A stretch of 64,000 bases of DNA from an uncultured Gemmatimonadales bacterium (GTDB lineage Bacteria > Gemmatimonadota > Gemmatimonadetes > Longimicrobiales > RSA9), in assembly GCA_963741945.1 (NCBI GenBank), contig CAVUKA010000003.1:64001-128000 (forward strand), in the 5' to 3' direction. Of this stretch, positions 34,807 through 44,122 are shown in pieces; the first letter of the stretch is position 1; each line of letters begins with the position of its first letter. Under the pieces are notes generated by a model, which was not told where the DNA came from, searched no databases, and saw only the letters and a list, made by a program, of their open reading frames with translations. Position numbers and translations under genes: made by a program.

Positions 34807-35976
34807 ATGCCCTCCGTTGTCATACTGGGCGCCGGCCGTGTCGGCGCCGCAATGGTGCGCGATCTGGCGCGTGATGCCGACCTGGAGGTAACCGCGGCGG
34901 ACGCGAGCAGGGAGTCGCTGCAGCGATTGACCGAAGCCGCGGAGCGGGACGGATCGGTGATCCGTACCCTGCCGCTGGACCTCGGGGATCCCGCGTCGCT
35001 GGATCGTGCGCTGGAAGGCCAGGACCTGGCGGTGGGCGCGGTGCCGGGTCCCATGGGGTTCGAGACGGTCCGCCAGGTCCTGGAGCGCGACGTGGACGTC
35101 GTGGACATCTCGTTTTTCGAGGAGGACGCGTTCGCGCTGGATGAGCTGGCCCGGGAGCGCGGGCGGGTGGCGCTGGTGGACGCTGGCGTCGCGCCCGGTC
35201 TCAGCAACCTGGTCCTCGGCCATTACGAGGCCCGCCTGGCGCGAACGGACCGGTTCCTGTGTCTGGTCGGTGGGATCCCGGCGGAGCCTTCGCCGCCATG
35301 GCAGTACAAGGCCCCGTTCTCCCCGATCGACGTGCTTGCGGAGTACACGCGCCCGGCGCGCATGCGACGGGATGGCGGGGCGGTGACGCTGCCCGCCCTG
35401 ACCGAGGTGGAAGAGGTGGATTTCCCCGGCGTGGGGCGCCTGGAGGCGTTCAACACGGATGGTCTGCGCACGCTGCTGCGCACGAGCGCGGTACCGACGC
35501 TGGCGGAGAAGACCATGCGCTGGCCGGGGCACGCCGACCGGATGCGCGTGATGCGGGACACCGGGTTCTTCGGCGAGGCAGCGATCGAAGTGGACGGTGT
35601 TCCGGTCAGACCACTGTCGCTGTCCGCGAGGCTGCTCTTCAATGCGTGGGAGTACGGCCCGGGTGAGGCGGACCTGACGGCCATGCGGATCGTGGTGGAG
35701 GGCGCGGACGAGGCGGGCGACGTGCGCCACGTGCTGGAGCTCGTGGACCGCTACGACCCCATGACCAATGTGTCCTCCATGGCCCGCACCACCGGCTACA
35801 CGGCCACGGCGCTCGCCCGCCTGGTGCTCTCCGGCGGGTACCGCGAGCCGGGCATCTCCCCGCCCGAGCGCGTGGGGGCCGTGGCTGGCGCGCTGGAGTT
35901 CGTGCTCGATCGGCTCGCGGAGCGGGCCGTTCGGGTGTCGCGAAGCGTCGAGCGGCCGTCGCATCCTGCCCCTTGA
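34807..35976 (+). CDS. Saccharopine dehydrogenase / lysine 6-dehydrogenase family protein
   Basis: ILGAGRVG Rossmann motif, DAGVAPGLSN, EAFNTDGLRTL, EKTMRWPGH, SMARTTGY. Confidence 0.9.
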   Translation: MPSVVILGAGRVGAAMVRDLARDADLEVTAADASRESLQRLTEAAERDGSVIRTLPLDLGDPASLDRALEGQDLAVGAVPGPMGFETVRQVLERDVDVVDISFFEEDAFALDELARERGRVALVDAGVAPGLSNLVLGHYEARLARTDRFLCLVGGIPAEPSPPWQYKAPFSPIDVLAEYTRPARMRRDGGAVTLPALTEVEEVDFPGVGRLEAFNTDGLRTLLRTSAVPTLAEKTMRWPGHADRMRVMRDTGFFGEAAIEVDGVPVRPLSLSARLLFNAWEYGPGEADLTAMRIVVEGADEAGDVRHVLELVDRYDPMTNVSSMARTTGYTATALARLVLSGGYREPGISPPERVGAVAGALEFVLDRLAERAVRVSRSVERPSHPAP

Positions 35977-36001
35977 CGCCGCGCGGGGCGTGGACGATAT
36001 T
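35973..36001 (+). promoter_or_regulatory. Sigma70-type promoter for cold-shock gene
   Basis: TTGACG-N17-GATATT. Confidence 0.6.
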
Positions 36002-36048
36002 CGCACGCGGCGAATCCTCCGGCACTACCGGAGGCCGGTGACGAGAGG

Positions 36049-36077
36049 AGCCTGGGCAGTTCGCCCAGGCTTTTTTT
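36049..36077 (+). terminator. Intrinsic terminator-like hairpin upstream of csp
   Basis: AGCCTGGGC-agttc-GCCCAGGCT followed by a T run. Confidence 0.7.
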
Positions 36078-36192
36078 GCATCGGTCGCCCGCCATGGTCG
36101 CGGTGCGGAACCGCGAGAGTACGGTGATCGATCGCGTGGTGCGGAAATACCGGCCCCGAGAGCACCAGAACAACCAAACGGAGTACGGTAGT

Positions 36193-36405
36193 ATGCGTAC
36201 CACGGGAACCGTGAAGTGGTTCAACGACCAGAAGGGCTTCGGCTTCATCGCGCCTGCGGACGGCGGCAAGGACTGCTTCGTCCACCACAGCGCGATCCAG
36301 GGCCAGGGCTTCAAGACGCTCGCCGAGGGCGAGACGGTCGAGTTCGACATCGTGCAGGGCCAGAAGGGCCCGGCCGCCGAGAACGTCGTCCGGACCGGCC
36401 GCTGA
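36193..36405 (+). CDS. cspA: Cold-shock protein (CspA family)
   Basis: [40 protein letters not shown]. Paralog letter uncertain. Confidence 0.95.
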   Translation: MRTTGTVKWFNDQKGFGFIAPADGGKDCFVHHSAIQGQGFKTLAEGETVEFDIVQGQKGPAAENVVRTGR

Positions 36406-36433
36406 GCGGTCGCCGCGACACTGGTCGCACCCG

Positions 36434-36469
36434 ACGGCCGTCCCCGCGCGCGGGGACGGCCGTTTTTTT
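36434..36469 (+). terminator. Intrinsic terminator of csp
   Basis: ACGGCCGTCCCC-gcgcgc-GGGGACGGCCGT followed by a T run. Confidence 0.9.
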
Positions 36470-36516
36470 GCCGCCCCGGCCACCGACACCCCCGGGGCCC
36501 CGAACCGGCTGACGCC

Positions 36517-37593
36517 ATGTCCAGAGATCCCGCCACCGTAGTGCTCGGCGCCACCGGCTTCACCGGCCGACTGGTTGCCCGCCGTCTCGCCGCCGGGACG
36601 GAGCCGTTCGTGCTGACGGGACGGGACCGCGCAAGGCTCGAGCCGCTCGCGGCCGCCTTCGACCGCGGGTCCGCGCGCGTCCTGGATGTCACCGACCGGG
36701 CCGCGCTGGCCGATGCCCTGGTGCCGGGCGATCGCGTGATCAACTGCGCCGGGCCGTTCGCCGAGCTGGGGGAGCCCGTGGTCCGCGCCTGCCTGGCTGC
36801 CGGCGCGCACTACTTCGACACCACCGGCGAGCAGCCGTTCATGCGCCGGATCCACCAGCGCTATCACGAGGAGGCGCGCGGCGCCGGGGTCACCATCGTG
36901 AACGGGATGGCGTTCGAGTACGCGCTGGGCGACTGCGCCGCAGCCCTTGCCGCCCGCGGCCTGGCCCGCCCGCTCCGCTCCCTCCACGTCACCTACGCCT
37001 GGCGCGGCGCTGAAAGCTCCCACGGCACACGGCGGACATCGCTCCGGATCCTGGGCCGCCGCGGATGGTCGCTCGAGGACGGGCGCTGGCGTCGTCGCCC
37101 GCAGGGCCATGCGCGACGCACGGTTCGGCTGGAATCGGGTGCTCTGCTGCACGCCGCCTGGTTCGGCGCGGGCGAGATCGTCACCGTTCCCAGGCACGTG
37201 GACGTGGAGACCGTGGGCGGGTGGATGGTGGTGGGGCGTGCCGCGGCGCTGCTGGCGCCCGTCGTCGCACCGGTGCTGCCGGTGCTGGTGCCACCGCTCC
37301 GCCCCGTTCTCGAGCGGCTGGCCACGCGCGCGCCGGAGCCCGGTCCCGACGAGCGGGAGGGGAGTCGGTTCACCATCCGGGTGGACGCCATGGGTCGCGG
37401 GGGCGAAACGGCCGCGGTGGAAGTCCGCGGCGCGGACGCGTACGGCCTCACCGCCGCCATCATCGTGGCTGGCGCCCGGCGCGCCGCTGCGGCCGATGCC
37501 CCGGGCGGCGTCCTCGCTCCTTCTCAGCTGATGGATCCGGGCGCTTTCCTCGCCTCACTCTCGGCTTACGGACTCACGTTCGACGTGGTCTAG
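36517..37593 (+). CDS. Saccharopine-dehydrogenase-like NAD(P)-binding oxidoreductase
   Basis: VLGATGFTG, VINCAGPF, HYFDTTGE, DAYGLTA, GGVLAPSQ. Confidence 0.88.
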   Translation: MSRDPATVVLGATGFTGRLVARRLAAGTEPFVLTGRDRARLEPLAAAFDRGSARVLDVTDRAALADALVPGDRVINCAGPFAELGEPVVRACLAAGAHYFDTTGEQPFMRRIHQRYHEEARGAGVTIVNGMAFEYALGDCAAALAARGLARPLRSLHVTYAWRGAESSHGTRRTSLRILGRRGWSLEDGRWRRRPQGHARRTVRLESGALLHAAWFGAGEIVTVPRHVDVETVGGWMVVGRAAALLAPVVAPVLPVLVPPLRPVLERLATRAPEPGPDEREGSRFTIRVDAMGRGGETAAVEVRGADAYGLTAAIIVAGARRAAAADAPGGVLAPSQLMDPGAFLASLSAYGLTFDVV

Positions 37594-37698
37594 CGGCTCG
37601 GGCCCGATGGCTTCCGGAACCGTCTCCCGCCCCGCGTGTACCCCCAGCCCCACGGCGGCCGTGAGCCGCCGTTCGATTCCACGAGCATGGAGGCCGGT

Positions 37699-38130
37699 TT
37701 GGCGCGGCAGGCGCAGCAGGGCGACAAGGTGACGGTTCATTACACGGGGAAGCTGGACAACGGCGAGATCTTCGACAGCTCGCGCGAGCGGGACCCGCTG
37801 CAGTTCGAGGTGGGCTCCGGACAGGTGATCCCCGGCTTCGACCGGGCGGTCGAGGGGCTGGCCGTGGGCGAGAGCCGGGAAGTTCGCCTGGAGCCCGAAG
37901 AGGCGTACGGCGAGCCGCGAGAGGACCTGGTGGTGGACGTCCCGGCGGAGCAGTTCCCGGACGAGGCGGAGCCGCAGGTGGGTCAGCAGGTCCAGGTGCA
38001 GGTGGCGCCCGGCCAGGCCCGGATCGCCACCATCCGCGACGTGAGCGATGGCTCGGTCCGGCTCGATCTCAATCACCCGCTGGCCGGCGAGCCGCTGAAC
38101 TTCGACGTGGAGATCGTCGGCATCGAGTAG
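37699..38130 (+). CDS. FKBP-type peptidyl-prolyl isomerase (SlyD/SlpA-like, no His-rich tail)
   Basis: VTVHYTGKL, FDSS, VIPGFD, PEEAYG, DLNHPLAG. TTG start after GGAGG (ATG 37687 is an alternative). Confidence 0.92.
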   Translation: MARQAQQGDKVTVHYTGKLDNGEIFDSSRERDPLQFEVGSGQVIPGFDRAVEGLAVGESREVRLEPEEAYGEPREDLVVDVPAEQFPDEAEPQVGQQVQVQVAPGQARIATIRDVSDGSVRLDLNHPLAGEPLNFDVEIVGIE

Positions 38131-38199
38131 CTCGTGCGTCGCGCCGCCGGGGCCCCGCGTGGCGGGGTCGGCGGCGGCGGCACGCGCGCGATGCCGCCG

Positions 38200-39957
38200 C
38201 TACCGTCGTGGCGGCCGCAGCCGGGCCCGGTACACGGTCCGGAACGCGGCCATGGCGTTGCGCATGCAGCGGAGGTTCGCCTGTCGATTCACCGCGGGGT
38301 CCGGACAGCTCTGGTACTCCGGCGAGGTGGCTTCCACGTACAGGTCGACGCTCCCGTCCGTTCGCAGCACCAGGCGCATGTACCCGGGCGCCGATGCGTC
38401 GAACAGCGTGCCCGGGATCGCACCCACCGGCGACAGCTTGCTCGCCGAGCCCGAGACGACCACGTAGGGCGGAGCCCCGGCGCTGTCGTCGCGGATCACC
38501 TGGAGCGAGTGGTCGTGCCCGCCGACGAACACGAGCGGCGCCCCTTCCTCCCGGAACGCGTCGGCCATCCCCTTCCGCAGCGCCAGGTATGGTATCGAGC
38601 TGAGGTCCTGCAGCAGGGCTCCGCTCCGGTTCAGCAGGTACTCCACCCCGAGAGTGCTCCACAGCGAGACCACCCCGCCATGCGGACCGCCCGTCTCCAG
38701 CGGGTGGTGGGCCGCCACGATGACCGTCCGGTCTCCGGCGTTGGCCAGCGCTGAGCGGAATCGCTCCATGAACGCGCGCTTGCCCTGCGGCTCCGCATCG
38801 AAGATCCACCACGCCGTGTCCAGCAGCAGCAGCCGGAGGTCATCGCCCACGTCCACCACGCGGGGCCCGCCCGTGCCCGCGGCGGGCGCCAGCTCCACGG
38901 GCACCCCGGCCGCCCTCCGCCGATCCAGGAACGCGCCCAGGTTGTGCAGCCGCTTCGCGCCCTTCTGGTCTTCCCGCAGCCCCCAGTCGTGGTTGCCGGC
39001 CAGGAAGAACATGCGCGCATCCCGCCTGGCGGGTACGGACCCGGCGACGATCCGGACCTGGTCCGCCACCCTGGCAGAATCCTGCTGGAAGCCAGGCGTT
39101 CCGGGCTCGACCATCCCCGTGGGGTACACGATGTCGCCCAGCATGAGCACCACTTCGCGCCCCGGTGCGACCCGTCCGGCCCAGTCCGACACGTCCCCTG
39201 TCATCCGCGGCAGGACCGGGTAGCGGTCGTAGCGCGCCTGCCCGGGGTCGCCCGCGATGAAGATCACCGCCTCCGCGGGCGCGGGCTGCGCGGGCACCGA
39301 CAGCGCTCCCACGCCTTCGGCTGGCTCGCCACCCTCCGGTCCTGAAGCCGCGCTCGCGCCGGCCTCCTGGCCGCCGCCGCAAGCGAAGAGGGCGAGCATG
39401 GCCGAGCTCGCCGCGAGCAGCGCAACCGCGAGCCCCGCTGTGCCGCCGCGCGCCGCCCTGGCTCCGGATGCCGATCGCCCCCGGTACCGCTGGCGACGAT
39501 GTCGCCGACCGCGTCTGCGCCAGGCCAGCGCCAGCCCCAGGCCGCCACCGAGGAGCATCCCCGCGGCGCCCAGGAGGATGCCCCACGTCCACGTCCCCTC
39601 GGGATCCGGCGTCGTGGCCACGCCCACGGCGGCGCCGACACCGGCACCGACGGCACCGCCCGCCACCACCCCCGCGGCCGCCCCCGCCAGCGGCGCGGCG
39701 CCAGCGAGCCCCACGGCCACGCCGCCCACGACCCCGAGCGCGATGGGGACGCCATCGGGGCCGAGCAGGTCGTGCACCGATTCCACGTAGCGGTTCTCGA
39801 AGCGCGCCCGCGCCACCACCACGCCCGTGCTGACGCCCAGTCCGGTCGCGAGTCCGAGGGCGCCACCGCCGAGCCCGCGGGCCGCGGCACCGATCCAGGA
39901 GCCGCCGCTGGCGAGCAGCAGCGACAGCGCGAGCGTGATCCCCCGGGCGCTTGCCAT
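38200..39957 (-). CDS. Calcineurin-like metallophosphoesterase with Gly-rich N-terminal membrane region
   Basis: GDPG, LGDIVYP, AGNHDW, AAHHP, GGHDHSLQ; N-terminal ~150 aa hydrophobic glycine-zipper-like. Confidence 0.8.
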   Translation of the reverse strand: MASARGITLALSLLLASGGSWIGAAARGLGGGALGLATGLGVSTGVVVARARFENRYVESVHDLLGPDGVPIALGVVGGVAVGLAGAAPLAGAAAGVVAGGAVGAGVGAAVGVATTPDPEGTWTWGILLGAAGMLLGGGLGLALAWRRRGRRHRRQRYRGRSASGARAARGGTAGLAVALLAASSAMLALFACGGGQEAGASAASGPEGGEPAEGVGALSVPAQPAPAEAVIFIAGDPGQARYDRYPVLPRMTGDVSDWAGRVAPGREVVLMLGDIVYPTGMVEPGTPGFQQDSARVADQVRIVAGSVPARRDARMFFLAGNHDWGLREDQKGAKRLHNLGAFLDRRRAAGVPVELAPAAGTGGPRVVDVGDDLRLLLLDTAWWIFDAEPQGKRAFMERFRSALANAGDRTVIVAAHHPLETGGPHGGVVSLWSTLGVEYLLNRSGALLQDLSSIPYLALRKGMADAFREEGAPLVFVGGHDHSLQVIRDDSAGAPPYVVVSGSASKLSPVGAIPGTLFDASAPGYMRLVLRTDGSVDLYVEATSPEYQSCPDPAVNRQANLRCMRNAMAAFRTVYRARLRPPRR

Positions 39958-40112
39958 GATCGAGCATCCTCGTGAAAGTCTCTCTGACGGCACGGACCGG
40001 GGCTCCCGGGCGGAACTCCCCGTCCGGTCCCGGGTTCCGAGCAAGAGGCATGCAACCGCGGGGGCGCCGGAGCGTCCGCGCCTCGCGGAACCATCGGGAC
40101 AACGGGAGCCGG

Positions 40113-40715
40113 ATGGCACGAACAGGGAAGGAGCGGGAAGCGAAGCCGCGAGGGGGCTGGCGCCGGCTGGTGGACGTGGGACTGTGGGTGTTCGTGGTCG
40201 CGCTGCTGCTCTGGCGGTTCGGACCGCAGATCGGCGCGGCCGTCGGCCTCGGCACGGGGAACCGCCCCGCGCCGGATTTCGCCGTGCGGACCCTGGACGG
40301 CGACTCGCTGCGCCTCGCCTCGCTGCGCGGCAACGTGGTCCTGGTCAACTTCTGGGCCACCTGGTGCCCCCCGTGCCGGCTGGAGATGCCGGGCTTCCAG
40401 AACGTGTGGGAGGACTACCGCGACCGCGGCTTCGTGGTGGTGGGCCTGTCCACCGACCGCGGCGTCCCCGGCGATGTGGAGCGCTACATCCGGCGTCGCG
40501 GCATCACCTATCCCATCGCCCTGGCCAGCGGAGCCGTGGTGAACGCCTATGGCGGCGCCAACGTGCTCCCCACTTCCGTGCTCATCGACCGGGAAGGTCG
40601 CATGGCATACCGCGTGGAGGGCTTCTACGCGGAGCCCGCGCTCCGCGCGGCCGTGAAGCGGCTCCTGGGCGAGCCGGCCCCCGGGCCGGAGCCGATCCCC
40701 GCCGCGGGACGCTGA
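40113..40715 (+). CDS. TlpA-family thiol:disulfide oxidoreductase
   Basis: TM anchor, APDF, LVNFWATWCPPCRLEMP, LPTSVLIDREG. Confidence 0.92.
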   Translation: MARTGKEREAKPRGGWRRLVDVGLWVFVVALLLWRFGPQIGAAVGLGTGNRPAPDFAVRTLDGDSLRLASLRGNVVLVNFWATWCPPCRLEMPGFQNVWEDYRDRGFVVVGLSTDRGVPGDVERYIRRRGITYPIALASGAVVNAYGGANVLPTSVLIDREGRMAYRVEGFYAEPALRAAVKRLLGEPAPGPEPIPAAGR

Positions 40716-40716
40716 A

Positions 40717-42444
40717 GTGACCGCGCCGCCGGCCAGCTCCCCGTCGCCCGACGCGGCGGAGCTCGCGGCCGAAATCCGGGCCGGCTTCCGGCGCTATTGC
40801 CAGGGCTTCGCGGAGATCACGCGCCGCGCGCCCGGCCGGTTCGCGAGGCGGGAGTGGGCGGAAGGGCAGGAGGACGCCCGCGAGCGGATCCTGCTGTACG
40901 ACGTGGTGGTCCACGACACCCTCCGCTCTCTCCGGCGCCTCGTCCCGGGAACACCGGACCCGCGCATCGGCGCCGAGGTGAGGGAAGCGTTCCGCGCGTG
41001 GGCGCTGCCCCGCCCCGATGTGGAAGTGGCAGAGACTTTCTTCAACTCGGTGGTCCGGCGGCTGTTCGGCACGATCGGCGTGGACCCCTCCCTGGAGTTC
41101 GTGGCCGAGGCCGTGGATGAGCCGCGGGACGCGGGCCCGGCGCCCTGGTCGACGCATCCCCTCGAGCGCGGGTTCGAGCACGCGCTGAGCACACTCCTGT
41201 CGTCGCAGCCTCTCGACCTCCCATGGCAGCAGTGGGACGCGCGCCTCCGCGCCGCCGCCGATGTGCTCCGGACCGAGCTCGGATCGGACGGCGAATGGTC
41301 GGCCGGGGAGATCCAGGTGCTGCGGCCCCTGTTCTTCCGCAACAAGGCAGCGTACGTGGTGGGCCGGGTGGTCCGGGGCGACGTCGTCGTCCCGCTCATC
41401 CTGGCCCTCCTTCACCCTCCCGGGGGCGTAACCCTCGAAGCCGTGCTCCCCACGGCGGACGAAGCCAGCGTCGTCTTCGGCTTCACGCGCTCCTACCTCC
41501 ACGCCGACGTCCCCGCGCCCCGATCGGTGGTCCGCTTCCTACGCTCGATCCTCCCCCACAAGCGAGAGGACGAGCTCTACACGGGGATCGGATTCAACCG
41601 GCATGGCAAGACGGTGTTCTACCGCACGCTCCTGCAGCACCTGCGCGATCCGGACGCGCGGTTCGTGACCACGCCCGGCAAGGCCGGGCTCGTCATGAGC
41701 GTGTTCACGCTCCCCGACCTGAACGTGGTCTTCAAGGTCATCCGCGATCGGTTCGGCGCGCCCAAGCAGACATCGCCCGAGCGCGTCCGCCGCAACTACG
41801 ACCTCATCTTCGTCCGCGACCGGGTCGGGCGCCTCGCGGACGCCCAGGAGTACCGCCGCCTCGAGCTCCCCCGGGCCCGCTTCAGCGAACCGGTCCTCGA
41901 TGAGCTGCTGCGCACTGCCGCGCGCACGGTCTCCGCCAGCGGGGAAACGGTTACGGTGGAGCACCTCTACACGGAGCGACGCGTCCGCCCGCTGGACGTT
42001 TACCTGGAAGAGGCGCCGCCCGAGGCAGCCCTCCGCGCAACGCTCGATTTCGGCCGCGCCATCAAGGACCTCGCCGCCGCCGACATATTCCCGGGCGACA
42101 TGCTGGTGAAGAACTTCGGCGTGACCCGGCACGGGCGCGTGATCTTCTACGATTACGACGAGGTGGCGCTCCTCACCGACTGCAACATCCGCGAGCGCCC
42201 TGAAGCCGCCTACCCCGAGGCGGAGATGGCGGACGCACCGCCGTTCTACGTGGGCCCGAACGACCTCTTCCCCGCCGAGTGGCGGGCGTTCCTCGGCCCC
42301 CCCGGTCCGCTGCGCCACGAGCTCCACCGGGCGCACCCCGAACTGTTCGACCCGGCCTGGTGGCGCGACATGCAGGCGAGGCATCGGGCGGGCGAAGTGG
42401 TGGACTTCTTCCCGTACCGCGAGGAGCGCCGACTCGAGCCATGA
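40717..42444 (+). CDS. aceK: Isocitrate dehydrogenase kinase/phosphatase
   Basis: AETFFNSV, FFRNKAAY, VFGFTRSY, HGKT, VFKVIRDRF, DRVGRLADAQE, IFPGDMLVKNFGVTRHGRVIFYDYDE. Confidence 0.96.
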   Translation: MTAPPASSPSPDAAELAAEIRAGFRRYCQGFAEITRRAPGRFARREWAEGQEDARERILLYDVVVHDTLRSLRRLVPGTPDPRIGAEVREAFRAWALPRPDVEVAETFFNSVVRRLFGTIGVDPSLEFVAEAVDEPRDAGPAPWSTHPLERGFEHALSTLLSSQPLDLPWQQWDARLRAAADVLRTELGSDGEWSAGEIQVLRPLFFRNKAAYVVGRVVRGDVVVPLILALLHPPGGVTLEAVLPTADEASVVFGFTRSYLHADVPAPRSVVRFLRSILPHKREDELYTGIGFNRHGKTVFYRTLLQHLRDPDARFVTTPGKAGLVMSVFTLPDLNVVFKVIRDRFGAPKQTSPERVRRNYDLIFVRDRVGRLADAQEYRRLELPRARFSEPVLDELLRTAARTVSASGETVTVEHLYTERRVRPLDVYLEEAPPEAALRATLDFGRAIKDLAAADIFPGDMLVKNFGVTRHGRVIFYDYDEVALLTDCNIRERPEAAYPEAEMADAPPFYVGPNDLFPAEWRAFLGPPGPLRHELHRAHPELFDPAWWRDMQARHRAGEVVDFFPYREERRLEP

Positions 42445-42471
42445 CGCCGGCCTGGCCGGGCAGCAGCCCCG

Positions 42472-42720
42472 TCAGGTCTCCTCGCCCCGCTCCTCCGACT
42501 CCTCCTCCTCTTCGGTTTCCGGGCGACGCGCGTGCTCCGCTTCCGGCTCGCCGGGCTGGAGCGCCGCCTCGCGCCGAGCTTCCGCGCCCTCGGGCGTGGC
42601 TTCATCCGGGGCCCGCTCGTGATAGCCGGCGTACTCCTCCCGAGCGTTGAACGCGTCCGCGGCCTCCGGGCCCGCCGCCCGCTCCGGCCGATCCAGGTCG
42701 GGCTGCTCCTTCTCGCTCAC
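42472..42720 (-). CDS. Small acidic hypothetical protein
   Basis: 82 aa, Glu-rich; GTGA overlap with upstream gene suggests translational coupling. Confidence 0.5.
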   Translation of the reverse strand: MSEKEQPDLDRPERAAGPEAADAFNAREEYAGYHERAPDEATPEGAEARREAALQPGEPEAEHARRPETEEEEESEERGEET

Positions 42721-43352
42721 CGGTCACCTCCTTGCGGGGCGGGACGGTTGGGCACCCGCGGGTGCTGGCCCTGCATCCCCGGCTGCATGCCCCGTCCCTG
42801 GTGCATCTCGCGCAGTGCTGCCTCGATCGTTTCGAGCGTCTGCTTCTGGGTCGCGGTCAGCACCTGCTCTGCCTGCACCCGCGCCCGCGCCATGGCCTGC
42901 GCCGCATCCACCATGTGCGACGCCGCTTCCCGCAGCGCCTTCTCGTGCGCGGTCAGGTCCGGGGTCTCACTCTCCATGGTTGCGACGGCCTGCTGGCGCG
43001 CCGTACGTGCCGACTCCAGCGCCGAGCCCACCGCCTTCTGCGTCTGTTCCTGCAGCCCTTCCAGCCGGTCGACCTGGTCCGCCGTCAGCTTCAGCGATTC
43101 GCGAAGCCGGAGCAGCATACCGGGACCCGCCTCCGCCATGGCGCCCATGCCGGCCCCCATCATCGCCCAGCCCTGCCCCATCCAGCCCCGCCCCTGCATG
43201 CGCTGGCCTGGCTGCATCATGCCCGGGTGACGCGGCATCATCGTGCCGGGATGGTGGGGCTGCGGCGGCTGCTCGTCCGGCTCCTGCGCCGCGACTGTGA
43301 GCGGGAGCGCCAGGGCGATGGCGGCAACCGCCAGGATACGTGCTGTTCTCAT
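42717..43352 (-). CDS. Periplasmic Spy/CpxP-like (LTxxQ) chaperone or metal-binding protein
   Basis: Signal peptide, Met/Gly/His-rich linker, LKLTADQ and VLTATQ motifs; RBS AAGGAGG. Confidence 0.8.
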   Translation of the reverse strand: MRTARILAVAAIALALPLTVAAQEPDEQPPQPHHPGTMMPRHPGMMQPGQRMQGRGWMGQGWAMMGAGMGAMAEAGPGMLLRLRESLKLTADQVDRLEGLQEQTQKAVGSALESARTARQQAVATMESETPDLTAHEKALREAASHMVDAAQAMARARVQAEQVLTATQKQTLETIEAALREMHQGRGMQPGMQGQHPRVPNRPAPQGGDR

Positions 43353-43414
43353 TGCTCGTCCTCCTTCGTTCACTTGGCCGAGGTTGGTGTTCGCCCGCAT
43401 CGAGCGGAGCGCCA

Positions 43415-43936
43415 TCAATCCACGCGATGATAGGACCGCTGGAAGTATACCAGCGCGCCGGATTCGGCTCCGACTCGCGCCTCGTCCACCCGCCCCACCA
43501 CCAGGTCGTGGTCGCCGCGGCGAAGCACTTCCTCAACCGTGCAGGTGAACGTGGCCAGGGCGCCCGGGACTACCGGGGCATCATCGTCGGTGAACGGGGC
43601 GGGGCCCGCGGGGAAAGTGTCGGCGTAGCGACTGGCGAGGCCCCGCTGGTCGTGCGTGAGGATGCTCACACCGAACACCGTGCCCGGGTCCAGGAAGGGC
43701 GCGGCCGATGCATTGGGGCCGAGGCTCGCCAGCACCCGCGGGGGTTGAAGGGACAGGGGGAGGAAGGCGGACACGGTCAGCGCGTGCACGCGCGACCCCT
43801 CCCGGACGGCCAGCAGCGTCACACCGCTGGACCAGCGGGAGAACGCTTCGCGCAGCGCCTCCTCCGCCGTTCTCCGCCGGGCGTCCTCCGGCTCGGGACC
43901 GCCGCTGAGGTGTCGGCCGATGCGTTGTGGGGACAT
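43415..43936 (-). CDS. Flavin reductase family protein
   Basis: REAFSRWSSGVT, LSLQPP, FGVSIL, GDHDLVVGRV, LVYFQRSY. Confidence 0.9.
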   Translation of the reverse strand: MSPQRIGRHLSGGPEPEDARRRTAEEALREAFSRWSSGVTLLAVREGSRVHALTVSAFLPLSLQPPRVLASLGPNASAAPFLDPGTVFGVSILTHDQRGLASRYADTFPAGPAPFTDDDAPVVPGALATFTCTVEEVLRRGDHDLVVGRVDEARVGAESGALVYFQRSYHRVD

Positions 43937-44007
43937 GTCTGCAATGTAGGGGAGCCTCGCCCGGGGCGCAGGCGGACGGGGGCGCGGCGCATTCCTGCCG
44001 GGGGGCG

Positions 44008-44023
44008 CGGCGCATTCCTTGCA
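44008..44023 (+). promoter_or_regulatory. Candidate sigma54 promoter for SodC-like gene
   Basis: CGGCGC-ATTCC-TTGCA (GG-N10-GC), 100 bp before ATG; overlaps the second copy of a direct repeat GGGGCGCGGCGCATTCCT. Confidence 0.5.
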
Positions 44024-44122
44024 CCCCACACCCTCCCGCGCCGCCCGCGACGGCGGGCACTCTCGTTACCCGTGGACCGCCCGATCAACGGGGCGGTCCC
44101 ATCCATCCGAGGGAGATTTGCC

